NCBI GenBank assembly: GCA_965215185.1
Contig: OZ244034.1
Coordinates: 2,112,001-2,176,000, forward strand
DNA: 64,000 nucleotides
Source: Acidimicrobiia bacterium
Lineage (GTDB): Bacteria; Actinomycetota; Acidimicrobiia; Spongiisociales; ZC4RG35
Reading direction: 5' to 3'
Part shown: piece after piece, positions 40,357 through 50,141 of the stretch
Layout: every line of letters starts with the position of its first letter
Numbering within the stretch: the first letter of the stretch is position 1
Notes under the pieces: generated by a model
Told to the model about the DNA's origin: nothing
What the model saw: only the letters and a program-made list of their open reading frames with translations
Database searches by the model: none
Program-made: the position numbers and the translations under genes

Positions 40357-40842
40357 TTAGGTGGGGTCGATGGAAAGTCCGGCCATGACCTCTTCCAGGG
40401 TGTAACCGACCCACACATCCTCTTCCCACTGGGCTAGTTGGATAAGCACGCCGTTGGTGGTGCGTGGATGCAGAAAAGCTTCGCTCCAATGCTCGCTGAA
40501 GTGAAGTCCGGTGACCCCGAATCCTCTCTCTTCAGCTTTCCGCACCGCCTCGGACAGGTCCTCCACCTGGAAAGTGAGATGATGCAGACCCTCCCCCCGC
40601 TGCTCCAGGAATCTGTGGAGAAACCCCTGCTCCCCGAGCGGGGACATTATTTCCAACATCCCTTGGGGAAGCCGGAACTGTACCCATCGAAAGGCATTGC
40701 GAGGATGGTCGGCGCCCTGATAGAAACAGCCCCCCAACAATTCCACCAGAGGAAGGGCGCTTTGGATATCACGCACCGCCCAGGAGACGTGGTCAAACCG
40801 TTTCACTATCCCACCCAAGCCCAAAGACGCCCCAACGTTCAT
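40357..40842 (-). CDS. VOC family protein, methylmalonyl-CoA epimerase-like
   Basis: DHVSWAV, LEIMSP, FLEQRGEGLHHLTF, FLHP...GVLIQL; start may be GTG 40806. Confidence 0.82.
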   Translation of the reverse strand: MNVGASLGLGGIVKRFDHVSWAVRDIQSALPLVELLGGCFYQGADHPRNAFRWVQFRLPQGMLEIMSPLGEQGFLHRFLEQRGEGLHHLTFQVEDLSEAVRKAEERGFGVTGLHFSEHWSEAFLHPRTTNGVLIQLAQWEEDVWVGYTLEEVMAGLSIDPT

Positions 40843-40907
40843 AGCCGAAAGAGGCTACCAGCCAAGCCTTGGGCCCCAAATGAGGCGAAGGCGCACCTGC
40901 CCCCGCT

Positions 40908-42083
40908 TCACCCGCCCGCCGGCGCCCACCACTGGGAGAGAACCTCCCGGAAAGCTTGAGTCGGAACCAGCACCTGGGCGCCGGCGGGCGTACGGTAGTC
41001 CTCCACCGAGACATTTAGTTGGGCCACCTGGGAAGGAGCCATCTCGCGGTAACGCAATGCCCAGTCCACCGCCTCGCTCACCGACCATCCCTGGTCCAGT
41101 CGAAGAGTATGGGAAAGGTCCTGGAGGGCCAAGAGCAGGTCGACGCGAGAAGAGTCTCGCAAACCTCCGGCGAGCTTCAGCAGCAACTCGCGCTGATGTC
41201 TCTGGCGAGCAAAGTCAGATCCCCAGGCCCGCTGCCACTCCCCATCCACCAGTTGTTCGGCATTTCGGGACCGAGCGTAAGCCAAAGCGGTCGCTCCATC
41301 CGAGTAACAGCCGGGCTCGGCGATGTCCAACATGGCCTTCTCATCGCGAGTGGGGTACTCGAAACAAATGTCGACACCCCCCAAACCGTTTACCAATTCC
41401 ACGAAACCCTCGAAGTCAATCCTCGCGAAGTGATCGACAGCAACGCCAGTGAAATCCTCAATGGTCAGAGCCAGAAGTTCGGGGCCATTGGCGTAACCGG
41501 TACAACCTCCCAGGTTGGCGTTTACCCGTCGATAATCCTCGGAACAGAAATTGTATAAATAAAGGTCGCGAGGAATCGACACCATCGCCGGCGGCGCTCC
41601 TCCTTCGGGAAAGAGAGCCAAAATGATGCTGTCAGCCAGGTAACCGGTGGCGTCCGCTCCCATCAACAGCACGGTGTCGAACATGCGGTCTGGCAACTTG
41701 GTCGGGCTGCGTGCGTAGGCTACCGGCGCGGCCTCCTCCGGCTCCTCCTCAACTTCCTCCGCCAATTCTAGCGTGGGTTTGTCAACAGGTTCCAACGGAG
41801 CCTCATCACCTGGCGTCACCTCTTCCGATGGTGGATCTTCGACCGTTTCGGCTTCCTGACTGGCTATCTCCTCTGCACCCGCCTCTACCTCAGCCGGGGT
41901 TCGCTCTTCCAAAGCAACACTGGCAGCAGGCGGCGAAAACGGAATATCAGCGGCAGACTTGAACCCCAGATACAAACGCAAACCCACTAGCGACAATCCC
42001 ACCACAAACACCGCCAATACCGCCAACCAGATACGTCGTTGGGTTCTGCGGCGTTTTTGTCTGAGCGCTGCTCTGGTGGTCAA
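40908..42083 (-). CDS. LCP (LytR-CpsA-Psr) family cell-envelope phosphotransferase
   Basis: N-terminal basic tail plus TM helix; ADSIIL, SIPRDLY, ALAYARSR, SDFARQRHQ. Confidence 0.9.
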   Translation of the reverse strand: MTTRAALRQKRRRTQRRIWLAVLAVFVVGLSLVGLRLYLGFKSAADIPFSPPAASVALEERTPAEVEAGAEEIASQEAETVEDPPSEEVTPGDEAPLEPVDKPTLELAEEVEEEPEEAAPVAYARSPTKLPDRMFDTVLLMGADATGYLADSIILALFPEGGAPPAMVSIPRDLYLYNFCSEDYRRVNANLGGCTGYANGPELLALTIEDFTGVAVDHFARIDFEGFVELVNGLGGVDICFEYPTRDEKAMLDIAEPGCYSDGATALAYARSRNAEQLVDGEWQRAWGSDFARQRHQRELLLKLAGGLRDSSRVDLLLALQDLSHTLRLDQGWSVSEAVDWALRYREMAPSQVAQLNVSVEDYRTPAGAQVLVPTQAFREVLSQWWAPAGG

Positions 42084-42161
42084 ATGGATATTCCCTACGC
42101 AATGAATAGGGCCTTCACGCCCATAAGGGAAGGAGGCTAACAGCCATTTGGACTCTTAAAG

Positions 42162-42180
42162 GCCGGTGGTTTCCACCGGC
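42162..42180 (-). terminator. Hairpin immediately after the second LCP gene
   Basis: GCCGGTGG-TTT-CCACCGGC followed on the minus strand by CTTTAA. Confidence 0.5.
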
Positions 42181-42185
42181 GGGCC

Positions 42186-43520
42186 CTAGCGGGCGGGCGG
42201 TTCCCACCACTCGGAGAGCACCTCGTTGAAAGGCCGGGTGGGAACCGACACCAATTCCCCCAGGGAAGTTTCGTATCCGTCAACCGAGACCCGCAGATGG
42301 GTTATCTGTGAGAGTTCAAGGTCGTGGTAACGCCATGCCCAGCCCACCGCCTCGGCGACCGACCATCCACTGTCCAGGTGGAAGGTGTGGGAAAGGGTTT
42401 GGAAGTTGGAAAGCAATTCGATGAGAGAGGAGCTTCGCAAGCCGCCGGCCAGCTTCAGCAGCAATTCCCGTTGATGTCTCTGACGGACATGATCTGAGTC
42501 CCACGCCCTCAGCCATTCCCCATCCACCAGTTGTCGGGCATTGCGAGACCGAACGTAGGCCAGGGACACGGCGCCGTCGGCGATCAGACACCCTTCCTCG
42601 GCGATATCCAATCCGGCGTTGAGGTCATGTGTGGGGTAATCGAAGCAGATCTCGACACCCCCCAGGCCGTCCACCAATTCCACGAATCCATCGAAGTCGA
42701 CCCGCACGTATTGGTCCACCTTCACACCGGTAAAACCCTCGATGGTCACCCCCAATAGCTCAGGTCCGCTTATACCCCCGCGGCACCCCCACAGGTTGGC
42801 GTTTATTCGCCGATAGTCCTCTGTGCAGGGATTGGGGATGTATAGATCGCGAGGGATCGAAACCAGGGCAGGCGTCGACCCGTCCTCGGGGAACAGGGCA
42901 AGCATTATGGTGTCCGCCAATTTCCCGCTGGCGTCGGCGCCGATCAACAGCACCGTGTCGAACATTCCATCAGGCAAGGACGGACTGACCACGTGCGAAT
43001 TGGAATAGGGCTCTGGCGTGGGTTCCTCCTCGACTTGGCGGGCCGAGGAAGGCGCCCACCCCTGGATGTCAAAACCAAACTCGGGGGACTCCCCCGAGGT
43101 AGTGGACAACAACTCTTCTGGCGACAACTGCGTATCCGCTTCAGGAGGAAACAGGGAGGTCTGACTCGAACCATCCAAACTCCGGCTCGGACGGTCGGTC
43201 TGGATCTGATTGGGAGGGCTTGATGGTTCTCTGAACGCCGCCACCTCTCCTTCGACACCAGACGTCAGAACCTCTGCAGGTAAATCTTGCCGTATGTTGA
43301 AGTCCTCCCGGGAGTTCTTAACCTGGCCGAGAGTCTGGCTCTCCATGATTTCCCGAGCGTCCACCGTCGAATACCGCTCTTCGTCCGTGAAGGACTCCAA
43401 GCTCACGCTCACCAGCGTGACTACCACCAAAACCATTCCCGCAATCCCCATCGAGATTCGTCTCAGTCTCCGGCGGGGCTTGATCCCGTCTCCGTCTGCG
43501 GAAGTCAACTTGTCGGTCAC
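42186..43520 (-). CDS. LCP family protein, paralog
   Basis: ADTIML, SIPRDLY, LAYVRSR, SDHVRQRHQ; start set to GTG 43520 after GAGGAGG RBS. Confidence 0.88.
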   Translation of the reverse strand: MTDKLTSADGDGIKPRRRLRRISMGIAGMVLVVVTLVSVSLESFTDEERYSTVDAREIMESQTLGQVKNSREDFNIRQDLPAEVLTSGVEGEVAAFREPSSPPNQIQTDRPSRSLDGSSQTSLFPPEADTQLSPEELLSTTSGESPEFGFDIQGWAPSSARQVEEEPTPEPYSNSHVVSPSLPDGMFDTVLLIGADASGKLADTIMLALFPEDGSTPALVSIPRDLYIPNPCTEDYRRINANLWGCRGGISGPELLGVTIEGFTGVKVDQYVRVDFDGFVELVDGLGGVEICFDYPTHDLNAGLDIAEEGCLIADGAVSLAYVRSRNARQLVDGEWLRAWDSDHVRQRHQRELLLKLAGGLRSSSLIELLSNFQTLSHTFHLDSGWSVAEAVGWAWRYHDLELSQITHLRVSVDGYETSLGELVSVPTRPFNEVLSEWWEPPAR

Positions 43521-43533
43521 CTTCAGTCCCTCC

Positions 43534-43983
43534 TCATGAGGGGCTTGCCGATGAGTGCCCTTGCCGGTGAAACACTGTTCCTGTGAACAGCCCGACAATC
43601 CGTCCGTCGCCGCGCTGTACCTCGATCTGATAGGTCGCCACCGAACGCGAACGTGTGGCAGGTCGCGCCGTGGCGACGAGACGGTCCCCGACCCTCGCAG
43701 AGGCAGCCTGGACCAGGTGGGTGTCGAGGGCGACCGCCTCCACCTCGGCATTGGAGATCAAAGACAGTGCGATATCGGCCAGCGAATACACTACTGCTCC
43801 ATGGACCAACTCCATGAAGTTGGTGTGGCGGGTTTCTATACCCAGAGCAACCGTCAGCCGTTTCGGATCCGGATCGACAAGCCGCACTCCCAGGTGGGAG
43901 GCATAGGGATCGGAAGCCACCATCTTGCGGAGCCGGGAGACGGTTTCCTCTCCCGGCCGGGAAAGTTCGGGGATTTCAGACAT
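43534..43983 (-). CDS. PaaI family hotdog-fold thioesterase
   Basis: DPYASHLG, HTN...VHGAVVYSLAD, LFTGT; start set to ATG 43983. Confidence 0.85.
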   Translation of the reverse strand: MSEIPELSRPGEETVSRLRKMVASDPYASHLGVRLVDPDPKRLTVALGIETRHTNFMELVHGAVVYSLADIALSLISNAEVEAVALDTHLVQAASARVGDRLVATARPATRSRSVATYQIEVQRGDGRIVGLFTGTVFHRQGHSSASPS

Positions 43984-44668
43984 CCAATTCCGCGATCCAG
44001 GCATCGAACAATTGGTGGGCGCCCACCATGAGGTCCCCTTCTGCCTCCTCCATCTCCGCGGCGAACTCTTGCGGAGTCTTGCCCGCCCTTTCCAACATAT
44101 CCCGAGCATCGTGATTCGCCCACTCGTTGGCTTCGGCGTTGTGGGTTTCGGGATGAAACTGGATCCCTAACGCCGATCCCTTGACAAAAGCCTGGGGAAA
44201 GCGGTTGGAATGGGCTAACAGCTCACTTCCCGGCGGCGTGTCGAACGTGTCCTGATGCATCGAGAACACCCGCCGTCCGGCCACCTTCGACACCACCGGA
44301 TGCCGGTGGCCCGCTTCGGTAAGTTGGACAGATACCGCTCCCACTTCGGGGCGGTCGGCAAGGTAAGCCCGACCACCTAAAGCCGCCGCCAATATTTGAG
44401 AGCCCAGGCAAATGCCTAATACCGGCACTTGCCTCTCGGCCGCTTCGCGTACCAAAGCCAGCTCTTCCATCAAAAAGGGGTAGCCCTCCGTTTCGTAGGC
44501 GCCCATAACCCCGCCCATAATCACCAAAGCCCCGATCGCATCCATCGGAGGAAAGGGATCGCCCTCCGCCACATTTGCCTCCTCCCATTCCAGGCCCCAA
44601 CTGTCGAGACGCTCCGCCAACCTGCCCACCGACCCGCACGAGTGTTTGATAACCACCACTCTTGCCAT
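43976..44668 (-). CDS. Type 1 glutamine amidotransferase (GuaA-like, standalone)
   Basis: MGGVMG, LGICLGSQ (nucleophile Cys), QFHPE (His-Glu); start set to ATG 44668. Confidence 0.9.
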   Translation of the reverse strand: MARVVVIKHSCGSVGRLAERLDSWGLEWEEANVAEGDPFPPMDAIGALVIMGGVMGAYETEGYPFLMEELALVREAAERQVPVLGICLGSQILAAALGGRAYLADRPEVGAVSVQLTEAGHRHPVVSKVAGRRVFSMHQDTFDTPPGSELLAHSNRFPQAFVKGSALGIQFHPETHNAEANEWANHDARDMLERAGKTPQEFAAEMEEAEGDLMVGAHQLFDAWIAELDV

Positions 44669-44815
44669 TGGACACCAGTTTAACGGCAGCCAAAAGCTAT
44701 CGTAAAGGCTCGTATGGTCGGCGCCGGACTCCCAAATGTGACAAGACCTTGCTGGAAACCCATCCACGGCGGCCAACCTCCGCAGTGACCCTCCTCGATA
44801 GATTTGTCCAATAGC

Positions 44816-47041
44816 ATGCAGCCCGATTATCGGCCTCCAACACCGTCGCATCGACTGCTGGGGCTCACCGACCAGGAGTTACAGGCTATCTGCAACGATC
44901 TGGGCCGTCCACCCCGGGAGGCCGAGTTGGCGGCGTACGGGGGGATGTGGTCAGAAGGCTGTTCATACAAGTCTTCTGCCCCCTACCTGCGTCGGCTCAC
45001 TTCAAAAGCCCCTTGGGTGGTGGTCGGGCCGGGAGACAACGCCGGAGTAATCGACATCGGGGATGGTTGGCAGCTGGCGTTGCGGATCGAAAGCCACAAT
45101 CACCCCTCCTATGTCGATCCTCGGCGGGGCGCCGCCACCGGAGTTGCCGGGGTGCTAAGAGATGTCGCGGCCATGGGCGCTCAACCCGTCGCGCTGTTGA
45201 ACCAGATTCGCTTCGGGCCCCTCAGCCTGCCCAGAAGCCGTCGCCGACTGCGAGAAGTTGTGGAAGGGTTGGCGGGATACGCCACGACGGTGGGGGTCCC
45301 GATCGTGGGGGGAGAAGTGGCGTTCTCAGAGAGCTACGTAGATAACCCCCTGGTGAATGTGATGTGTGTGGGAACACTCCGCCAAGGGGAACTGGTCCGT
45401 GGAGAGGCAGGCCCGGTAGGGACCAAACTGGTGCTGCTGGGAGCGCCCACCGGTCCCGACGGAATCGGGGGGGTCTCGATTCTTGCCTCAACCGGCGCTC
45501 GTCGTTTGGAATCTTTTTCCGTGGACATTCCAGAGGGCGATCCCGAACTGGCCTTCCGGCTGCTGGGCGCCTGCCGGGAATTGGCTCAGCGGGGGGTGGT
45601 CCGGGGGTTGCAGGACTTGGGAGGAGGGGGACTGGTCAGTGCTGCCACCGAACCGGCCGCCAGATCGGGAGTGGGCGTCAGTCTTGATCTGTCGGCCATT
45701 CACACCCGTGAGGAAGAGATTGACGCGGCGGGTCTGCTGACTTCCGAAACCCAGGAGAGGATGTTGGCTTTCGCGGACCCGGATTCGGTGGATGCGGTCC
45801 TGGAGACCGCCAACCGGCGGGGAGTGGCTGCTTCGGTGATAGGGGAAGTCATCTCTTCGCAAGTGCTGCGGGTAACCCACCAGGATGAGGTAGTAGTGGA
45901 GGCGCCGATCCATTCCCTTACCCAGGGAGCGGTGGTTGATCATCACCAGATCGGTGAGCCGGGATGGATGGAGAACCTGTGGTCCAATAGCATCCGTTTC
46001 CTACGGAGACCCGCCTTGGGCGCCGTACTGTTGGAGCTCCTCGACGACCCTCGGCTCGCCTCCAAACGCTGGATCTATCAGCGATATCCCATCAAGGCGC
46101 GAGACGGCGTCATGGTCGGCCCCGGCCAAAACCACGCTCTCCTGCAAATTCCCGGCACCTCCAAGTCGGTGGCCGTATCGACCGATGGCAATGGCATGCT
46201 TTGCTACCTGGATCCGCGCCGGGGCGTGGAAAGGCTGGTGTGTGAAGCAGCCCTGAATGTCGCCATCTCGGGCGCCCGGCCTCTGGCCGTGGTGGACAAC
46301 CTCAATTTCGGAAGCCCGGACAGTCCCGACGTAATGTGGCAATTCCGGGAAACCGTGGAAGGCCTGGCCGAAGCCTGTGAGTTGCTGGGTCTTCCCGTGG
46401 TGTCGGGGAACGTGTCTTTCCACAACGAGATAGACGGCTATCCCATCTACCCCACCCCGGTCATAGGGGTGGTGGGAGTGGCGGATCCGGCGCCCGCCAA
46501 TCCACCCGGAATGGACCGGGCTCAAGAGGGCATGGAGCTTTGGCTCCTGGGGTTTGACGACACGGTAAACCTGGCGGGCAGTTCATTCGCAAAAGTCGCC
46601 TTCGGCCACCTGGGAGGCCGACCCGCCGCTGCCGACTTCACTCTTTGCAGGTCGGCGATCCAGACCGCTCTCCAACTGGTGGAGGAGGGCGTGACCCCGG
46701 TTCTCCACGACATCTCCGATGGAGGCCTAGCGCTGGCCGCCGCCGAGATCGCCATCTCTTCCCAGGTGGGAGTGAACGTCACCTTCAGGGACTGGCGAAG
46801 CCTCTTCACGGAAGACCCCAACCGACTGCTGGCAGCCGTTTCGCCCCGGAATGTTCCTCGATTGACAGAAATTGCTGCTCTACACGGCTTGCCGGCTGCC
46901 CAGATAGGAACCTTTGGAGGAAGCGAGGTCTCAATAGAAAGCAGCGGAGTGCGCGGGGCTGTCAATCTGGCGGTGGCCTCCCGTACCTGGAAAGACGCCA
47001 TTGCTCGGCGCATGGAAGAAAACGCTGATTGGGGACCGTGA
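44816..47041 (+). CDS. purL: Small-type FGAM synthase PurL homolog with SEHC->SEGC substitution
   Basis: MWSEGCSYKSS, GPGDNAG, ESHNHPS, GAATGV, SETQERM, DNLNFG, GNVSF, HDISDGG. Confidence 0.85.
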   Translation: MQPDYRPPTPSHRLLGLTDQELQAICNDLGRPPREAELAAYGGMWSEGCSYKSSAPYLRRLTSKAPWVVVGPGDNAGVIDIGDGWQLALRIESHNHPSYVDPRRGAATGVAGVLRDVAAMGAQPVALLNQIRFGPLSLPRSRRRLREVVEGLAGYATTVGVPIVGGEVAFSESYVDNPLVNVMCVGTLRQGELVRGEAGPVGTKLVLLGAPTGPDGIGGVSILASTGARRLESFSVDIPEGDPELAFRLLGACRELAQRGVVRGLQDLGGGGLVSAATEPAARSGVGVSLDLSAIHTREEEIDAAGLLTSETQERMLAFADPDSVDAVLETANRRGVAASVIGEVISSQVLRVTHQDEVVVEAPIHSLTQGAVVDHHQIGEPGWMENLWSNSIRFLRRPALGAVLLELLDDPRLASKRWIYQRYPIKARDGVMVGPGQNHALLQIPGTSKSVAVSTDGNGMLCYLDPRRGVERLVCEAALNVAISGARPLAVVDNLNFGSPDSPDVMWQFRETVEGLAEACELLGLPVVSGNVSFHNEIDGYPIYPTPVIGVVGVADPAPANPPGMDRAQEGMELWLLGFDDTVNLAGSSFAKVAFGHLGGRPAAADFTLCRSAIQTALQLVEEGVTPVLHDISDGGLALAAAEIAISSQVGVNVTFRDWRSLFTEDPNRLLAAVSPRNVPRLTEIAALHGLPAAQIGTFGGSEVSIESSGVRGAVNLAVASRTWKDAIARRMEENADWGP

Positions 47042-47072
47042 AACCGAAGCCACGGTTGCTGCCCTCCGGTCT

Positions 47073-47831
47073 TCAGTGTGTTACTCCGCAATCTCTTAGA
47101 TAATCCTCCACAGCCCCCGAGAGCAGCCACGCATCGGGACTGAGAGCCACCAGGGTGGCCCCGCCCTCCACGCCTCTCTTCGCATCGGCAGCCGAAGACA
47201 CTGCAATCCCGGAAGGCACGGCGTATTCACGGCACTTGTCAAACACCTGCTCCACCAGCCGCCAACGGGACTGGTCATCTCCCAGCACCCCGTGGGTCAA
47301 AGAGAGATCAATCGCCCCAACCAAGATGGCGTCCACACCTGGAACCGAGAGGATTTCAGCCAAATTGGCGAGTCCGCCGCGGGTTTCGATCATGACTACG
47401 CACAGAACTTGTTCGTTGGCCAGATCCGTGCTCCACTCCGGCCTTCCCAACGCGGCGCGCACCGGCCCGAAACTTCGACTACCCAACGGTGGATAGCGAC
47501 AAGCCGCTACCGCCGCCGCCGCGTCGGCAGCGCTGTCGACCATGGGAACAATGACACCGGCTGCTCCCGCATCCAAGACCCGCCCGATCTCCCAGGGGTT
47601 CGCGCCGTTTACCCTGACGATCGACGGAATACCGAACCTGTCGACTACCTGGAGCGCTCCAACCATCTGGTCATGAGCCCAGAGCCCGTGTTGAAGATCG
47701 ATTCCTACCCAATCGAATGGGTGATGGCAGAATACCTCCACCACGAAAGGCGATGGCATCATGCACCAGGCACCATAACAGACATCCCCTTTTTGGAGAC
47801 GCTGCTTCAGAAGAGGTGAACGTGGGTTCAT
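47073..47831 (-). CDS. HpcH/HpaI aldolase family protein
   Basis: IDLQHG, LDAGAAGVIVPMV, RYPPLGSRSFG, MIET, GAIDL. Confidence 0.9.
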   Translation of the reverse strand: MNPRSPLLKQRLQKGDVCYGAWCMMPSPFVVEVFCHHPFDWVGIDLQHGLWAHDQMVGALQVVDRFGIPSIVRVNGANPWEIGRVLDAGAAGVIVPMVDSAADAAAAVAACRYPPLGSRSFGPVRAALGRPEWSTDLANEQVLCVVMIETRGGLANLAEILSVPGVDAILVGAIDLSLTHGVLGDDQSRWRLVEQVFDKCREYAVPSGIAVSSAADAKRGVEGGATLVALSPDAWLLSGAVEDYLRDCGVTH

Positions 47832-47839
47832 GACGGGGG

Positions 47840-48940
47840 TCAGGGACGAACCGCGGAGGCGATCTCATCTACGGAGAGGCCATTTAGGCCGAGGCGCTCC
47901 AGGGTGCGTCCCGCGGTGATCGCCTTCTCCAAACCTGCAGCCATGGCCAGGTTCAACAACGCCTTGGCCACGGGAGTTTCTACTCCCGCCACTTCCGCCA
48001 ACCCCACCAGCGGCAGCAACCCGTAACCGAAGTCCTCGGTGTAATAGCGGTGATCGAGCGAGTCGGGAGCCATGATCGCCGCATTGGCGCTTCCTCCTGC
48101 TATCGCGGTCTGCAGGTCGTCCAGGTCGGCGTCCTCCTCCACCGTTCCTATCGCCGACATCTCCTCCATCAGTGACGGCGGACCATATCCGAAGGCCGCC
48201 GCCACCGCCAACCGTTCTTGGTCCAAACGTGACATCACCGATGCCACCCCCGCGGTCATCCCCTCGACATAGAAACGAAATGCGCCGCCGGTTGCCTCCA
48301 CCCAGGCCGCTCCCAGAATCGCCCCCGGAGGATGCAGCACCATGTTCACCTCCGCCAACCCCACCGCCAGCACATCCGGCATGGGCGCCGATCCTGGGTA
48401 GAGCTGCGAGATCAAGGTCAGGGCATCCTCTCCTCCCGGGAGACACCCCACCAGCATCCGGGCCGCGGCGCCGGTTATGTTCACCACCCATTGAGGGAGA
48501 CCATCCTCATTCCCCGCGGTAGGGCAGGCGCGCACCGTATAGGGCAGGGTTGAGGACTCGGCCAAGGGCGGCAGACCAACCGCACCGGCGTCGCGCATCA
48601 CCTTCGCCACCTCCAACGCTCCACCCAAGTGCCCCGGCGCCAGCATCACCGGCGCCTCACACCCCACCTGCGCCAGATTCCGGGCTATATCACGGTGGGC
48701 GGTGGAGGGTAAACACACAAGAACCCCGGCGGCCCCTCTGATAGCCATCGAAAGGTCGTCGGTGCAACTGACCGGCATTACTCCGTCGCCGAGCACTCCC
48801 CGATATGCCAGCCGGTATCCCGATGGTGGCCGCAAGGGAACCGTGCGTCGCCACCAAACCACCTCGAATCCCCGCAGGGTCAGGTCGACTGTCGCCGCCA
48901 TGCCCCCCGCTCCACCCCCCATAACCACTATCCGGGTCAT
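47840..48940 (-). CDS. NAD(P)-dependent opine (octopine/nopaline) dehydrogenase family
   Basis: GGGAGG Rossmann, ESSTLPY, NMVLHP, FYVEG, HRYYTEDFGYGL; start set to ATG 48940. Confidence 0.88.
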   Translation of the reverse strand: MTRIVVMGGGAGGMAATVDLTLRGFEVVWWRRTVPLRPPSGYRLAYRGVLGDGVMPVSCTDDLSMAIRGAAGVLVCLPSTAHRDIARNLAQVGCEAPVMLAPGHLGGALEVAKVMRDAGAVGLPPLAESSTLPYTVRACPTAGNEDGLPQWVVNITGAAARMLVGCLPGGEDALTLISQLYPGSAPMPDVLAVGLAEVNMVLHPPGAILGAAWVEATGGAFRFYVEGMTAGVASVMSRLDQERLAVAAAFGYGPPSLMEEMSAIGTVEEDADLDDLQTAIAGGSANAAIMAPDSLDHRYYTEDFGYGLLPLVGLAEVAGVETPVAKALLNLAMAAGLEKAITAGRTLERLGLNGLSVDEIASAVRP

Positions 48941-48950
48941 CTGCCCACTC

Positions 48951-50141
48951 TCAATCGCCCTCACCCAGATCCAAACTGAGGGCTTCGGCCACCGAGTACT
49001 TCTCGACCTTCTCCAGATCCACCTCCACCCCCAAACCCACACCTACAGGCACCATGACCCGCCCCTGCTCGAAATCAAAGGAGCCGGTAATCAAGTCATC
49101 GGTGTAGTAGATGCCGGCTATCTGCGGGCGGTTGCTTTCCTCGGGACCGGAAACCGGGCAGACACTGGGGAGAATGGCGTTTTCAACCGCCGCTCCCAGC
49201 GCCAGGTTGGCAGCGTTTCCGATCCCGGTTTCGATCGACCCGCCGATATCGCACATCATTCCCATACGGCGGGCGGCATCAGCCTGCTGGCGGGCTCGGA
49301 ATAGACCTCCCGGTTTGGTGACGTAGCAGGAGAAGTATTCGGCGGCTCCCAATTCCACCAGTTCCCAGATGTCCTCCACGGTCCACGCAGATTCGTCGGC
49401 CATTATCGGCACGTCCACCCGCTGGGCAACCGCTGCCAGTCCTTGTGCGCCGGCCACCGGTTGCTCGCACAGCATTATGTCATATTCCTCCTGGGCGCGG
49501 GTGACTCGCACCGCCTCCGACACATGGGAATACCCTTCGTTTCCGTCCACCCGAATCTTGATCTGCGGCCCGACCAACTCCCGCAGACGACGTACCAACT
49601 CCACATCCCGAACGGGATCCAGTCCGGTTTTGCACTTGATGGTGAGCGCCCCTTCGGAGACCGCCTGCTGAGCCTCCTCCAAACACCGGTCAATGGACAT
49701 GATCCCCAACGAGTGCGCCAACTCGACTCCCCGGCGATGGGAACCGCCCAACAGGGTGGACACCCCCACCCCCATGGCCCGTCCCGCCAGGTCGTAGCAA
49801 GCGATGTCGATCATGGCCTTGGCGTAGGGATGACCTTTCACCGCTTTGTCCATCCGGGCGTGAATCACCGCGATCTCTCGGGGATCGGTGGCGGCCACCG
49901 CCGGGAGCAGGTATTTGGAAGCCACCGTCCGTACCGTCTCGGGGGACTCGCCGTAATATCGCATCGCCGAACCGCCCCAGGTCATTCCGGCCGGGGCCTC
50001 TCCCCATCCTTCCAACCCCTGGTCGGTACGCAATCTGAGGATGGCGTGGTGGCCTATGGGAGCGGTCATCTTGGAAGCCCAGGTGTGGTGACGCCTGGTG
50101 GGCAGGGCCACTATGTAGACGGTGGCGCTGGTTATTTTCAC
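48951..50141 (-). CDS. Enolase superfamily, muconate-lactonizing-enzyme subgroup
   Basis: GWGE, KCK, DGNE, EQP, ADES metal ligands, GLGVEVD. Confidence 0.9.
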   Translation of the reverse strand: MKITSATVYIVALPTRRHHTWASKMTAPIGHHAILRLRTDQGLEGWGEAPAGMTWGGSAMRYYGESPETVRTVASKYLLPAVAATDPREIAVIHARMDKAVKGHPYAKAMIDIACYDLAGRAMGVGVSTLLGGSHRRGVELAHSLGIMSIDRCLEEAQQAVSEGALTIKCKTGLDPVRDVELVRRLRELVGPQIKIRVDGNEGYSHVSEAVRVTRAQEEYDIMLCEQPVAGAQGLAAVAQRVDVPIMADESAWTVEDIWELVELGAAEYFSCYVTKPGGLFRARQQADAARRMGMMCDIGGSIETGIGNAANLALGAAVENAILPSVCPVSGPEESNRPQIAGIYYTDDLITGSFDFEQGRVMVPVGVGLGVEVDLEKVEKYSVAEALSLDLGEGD

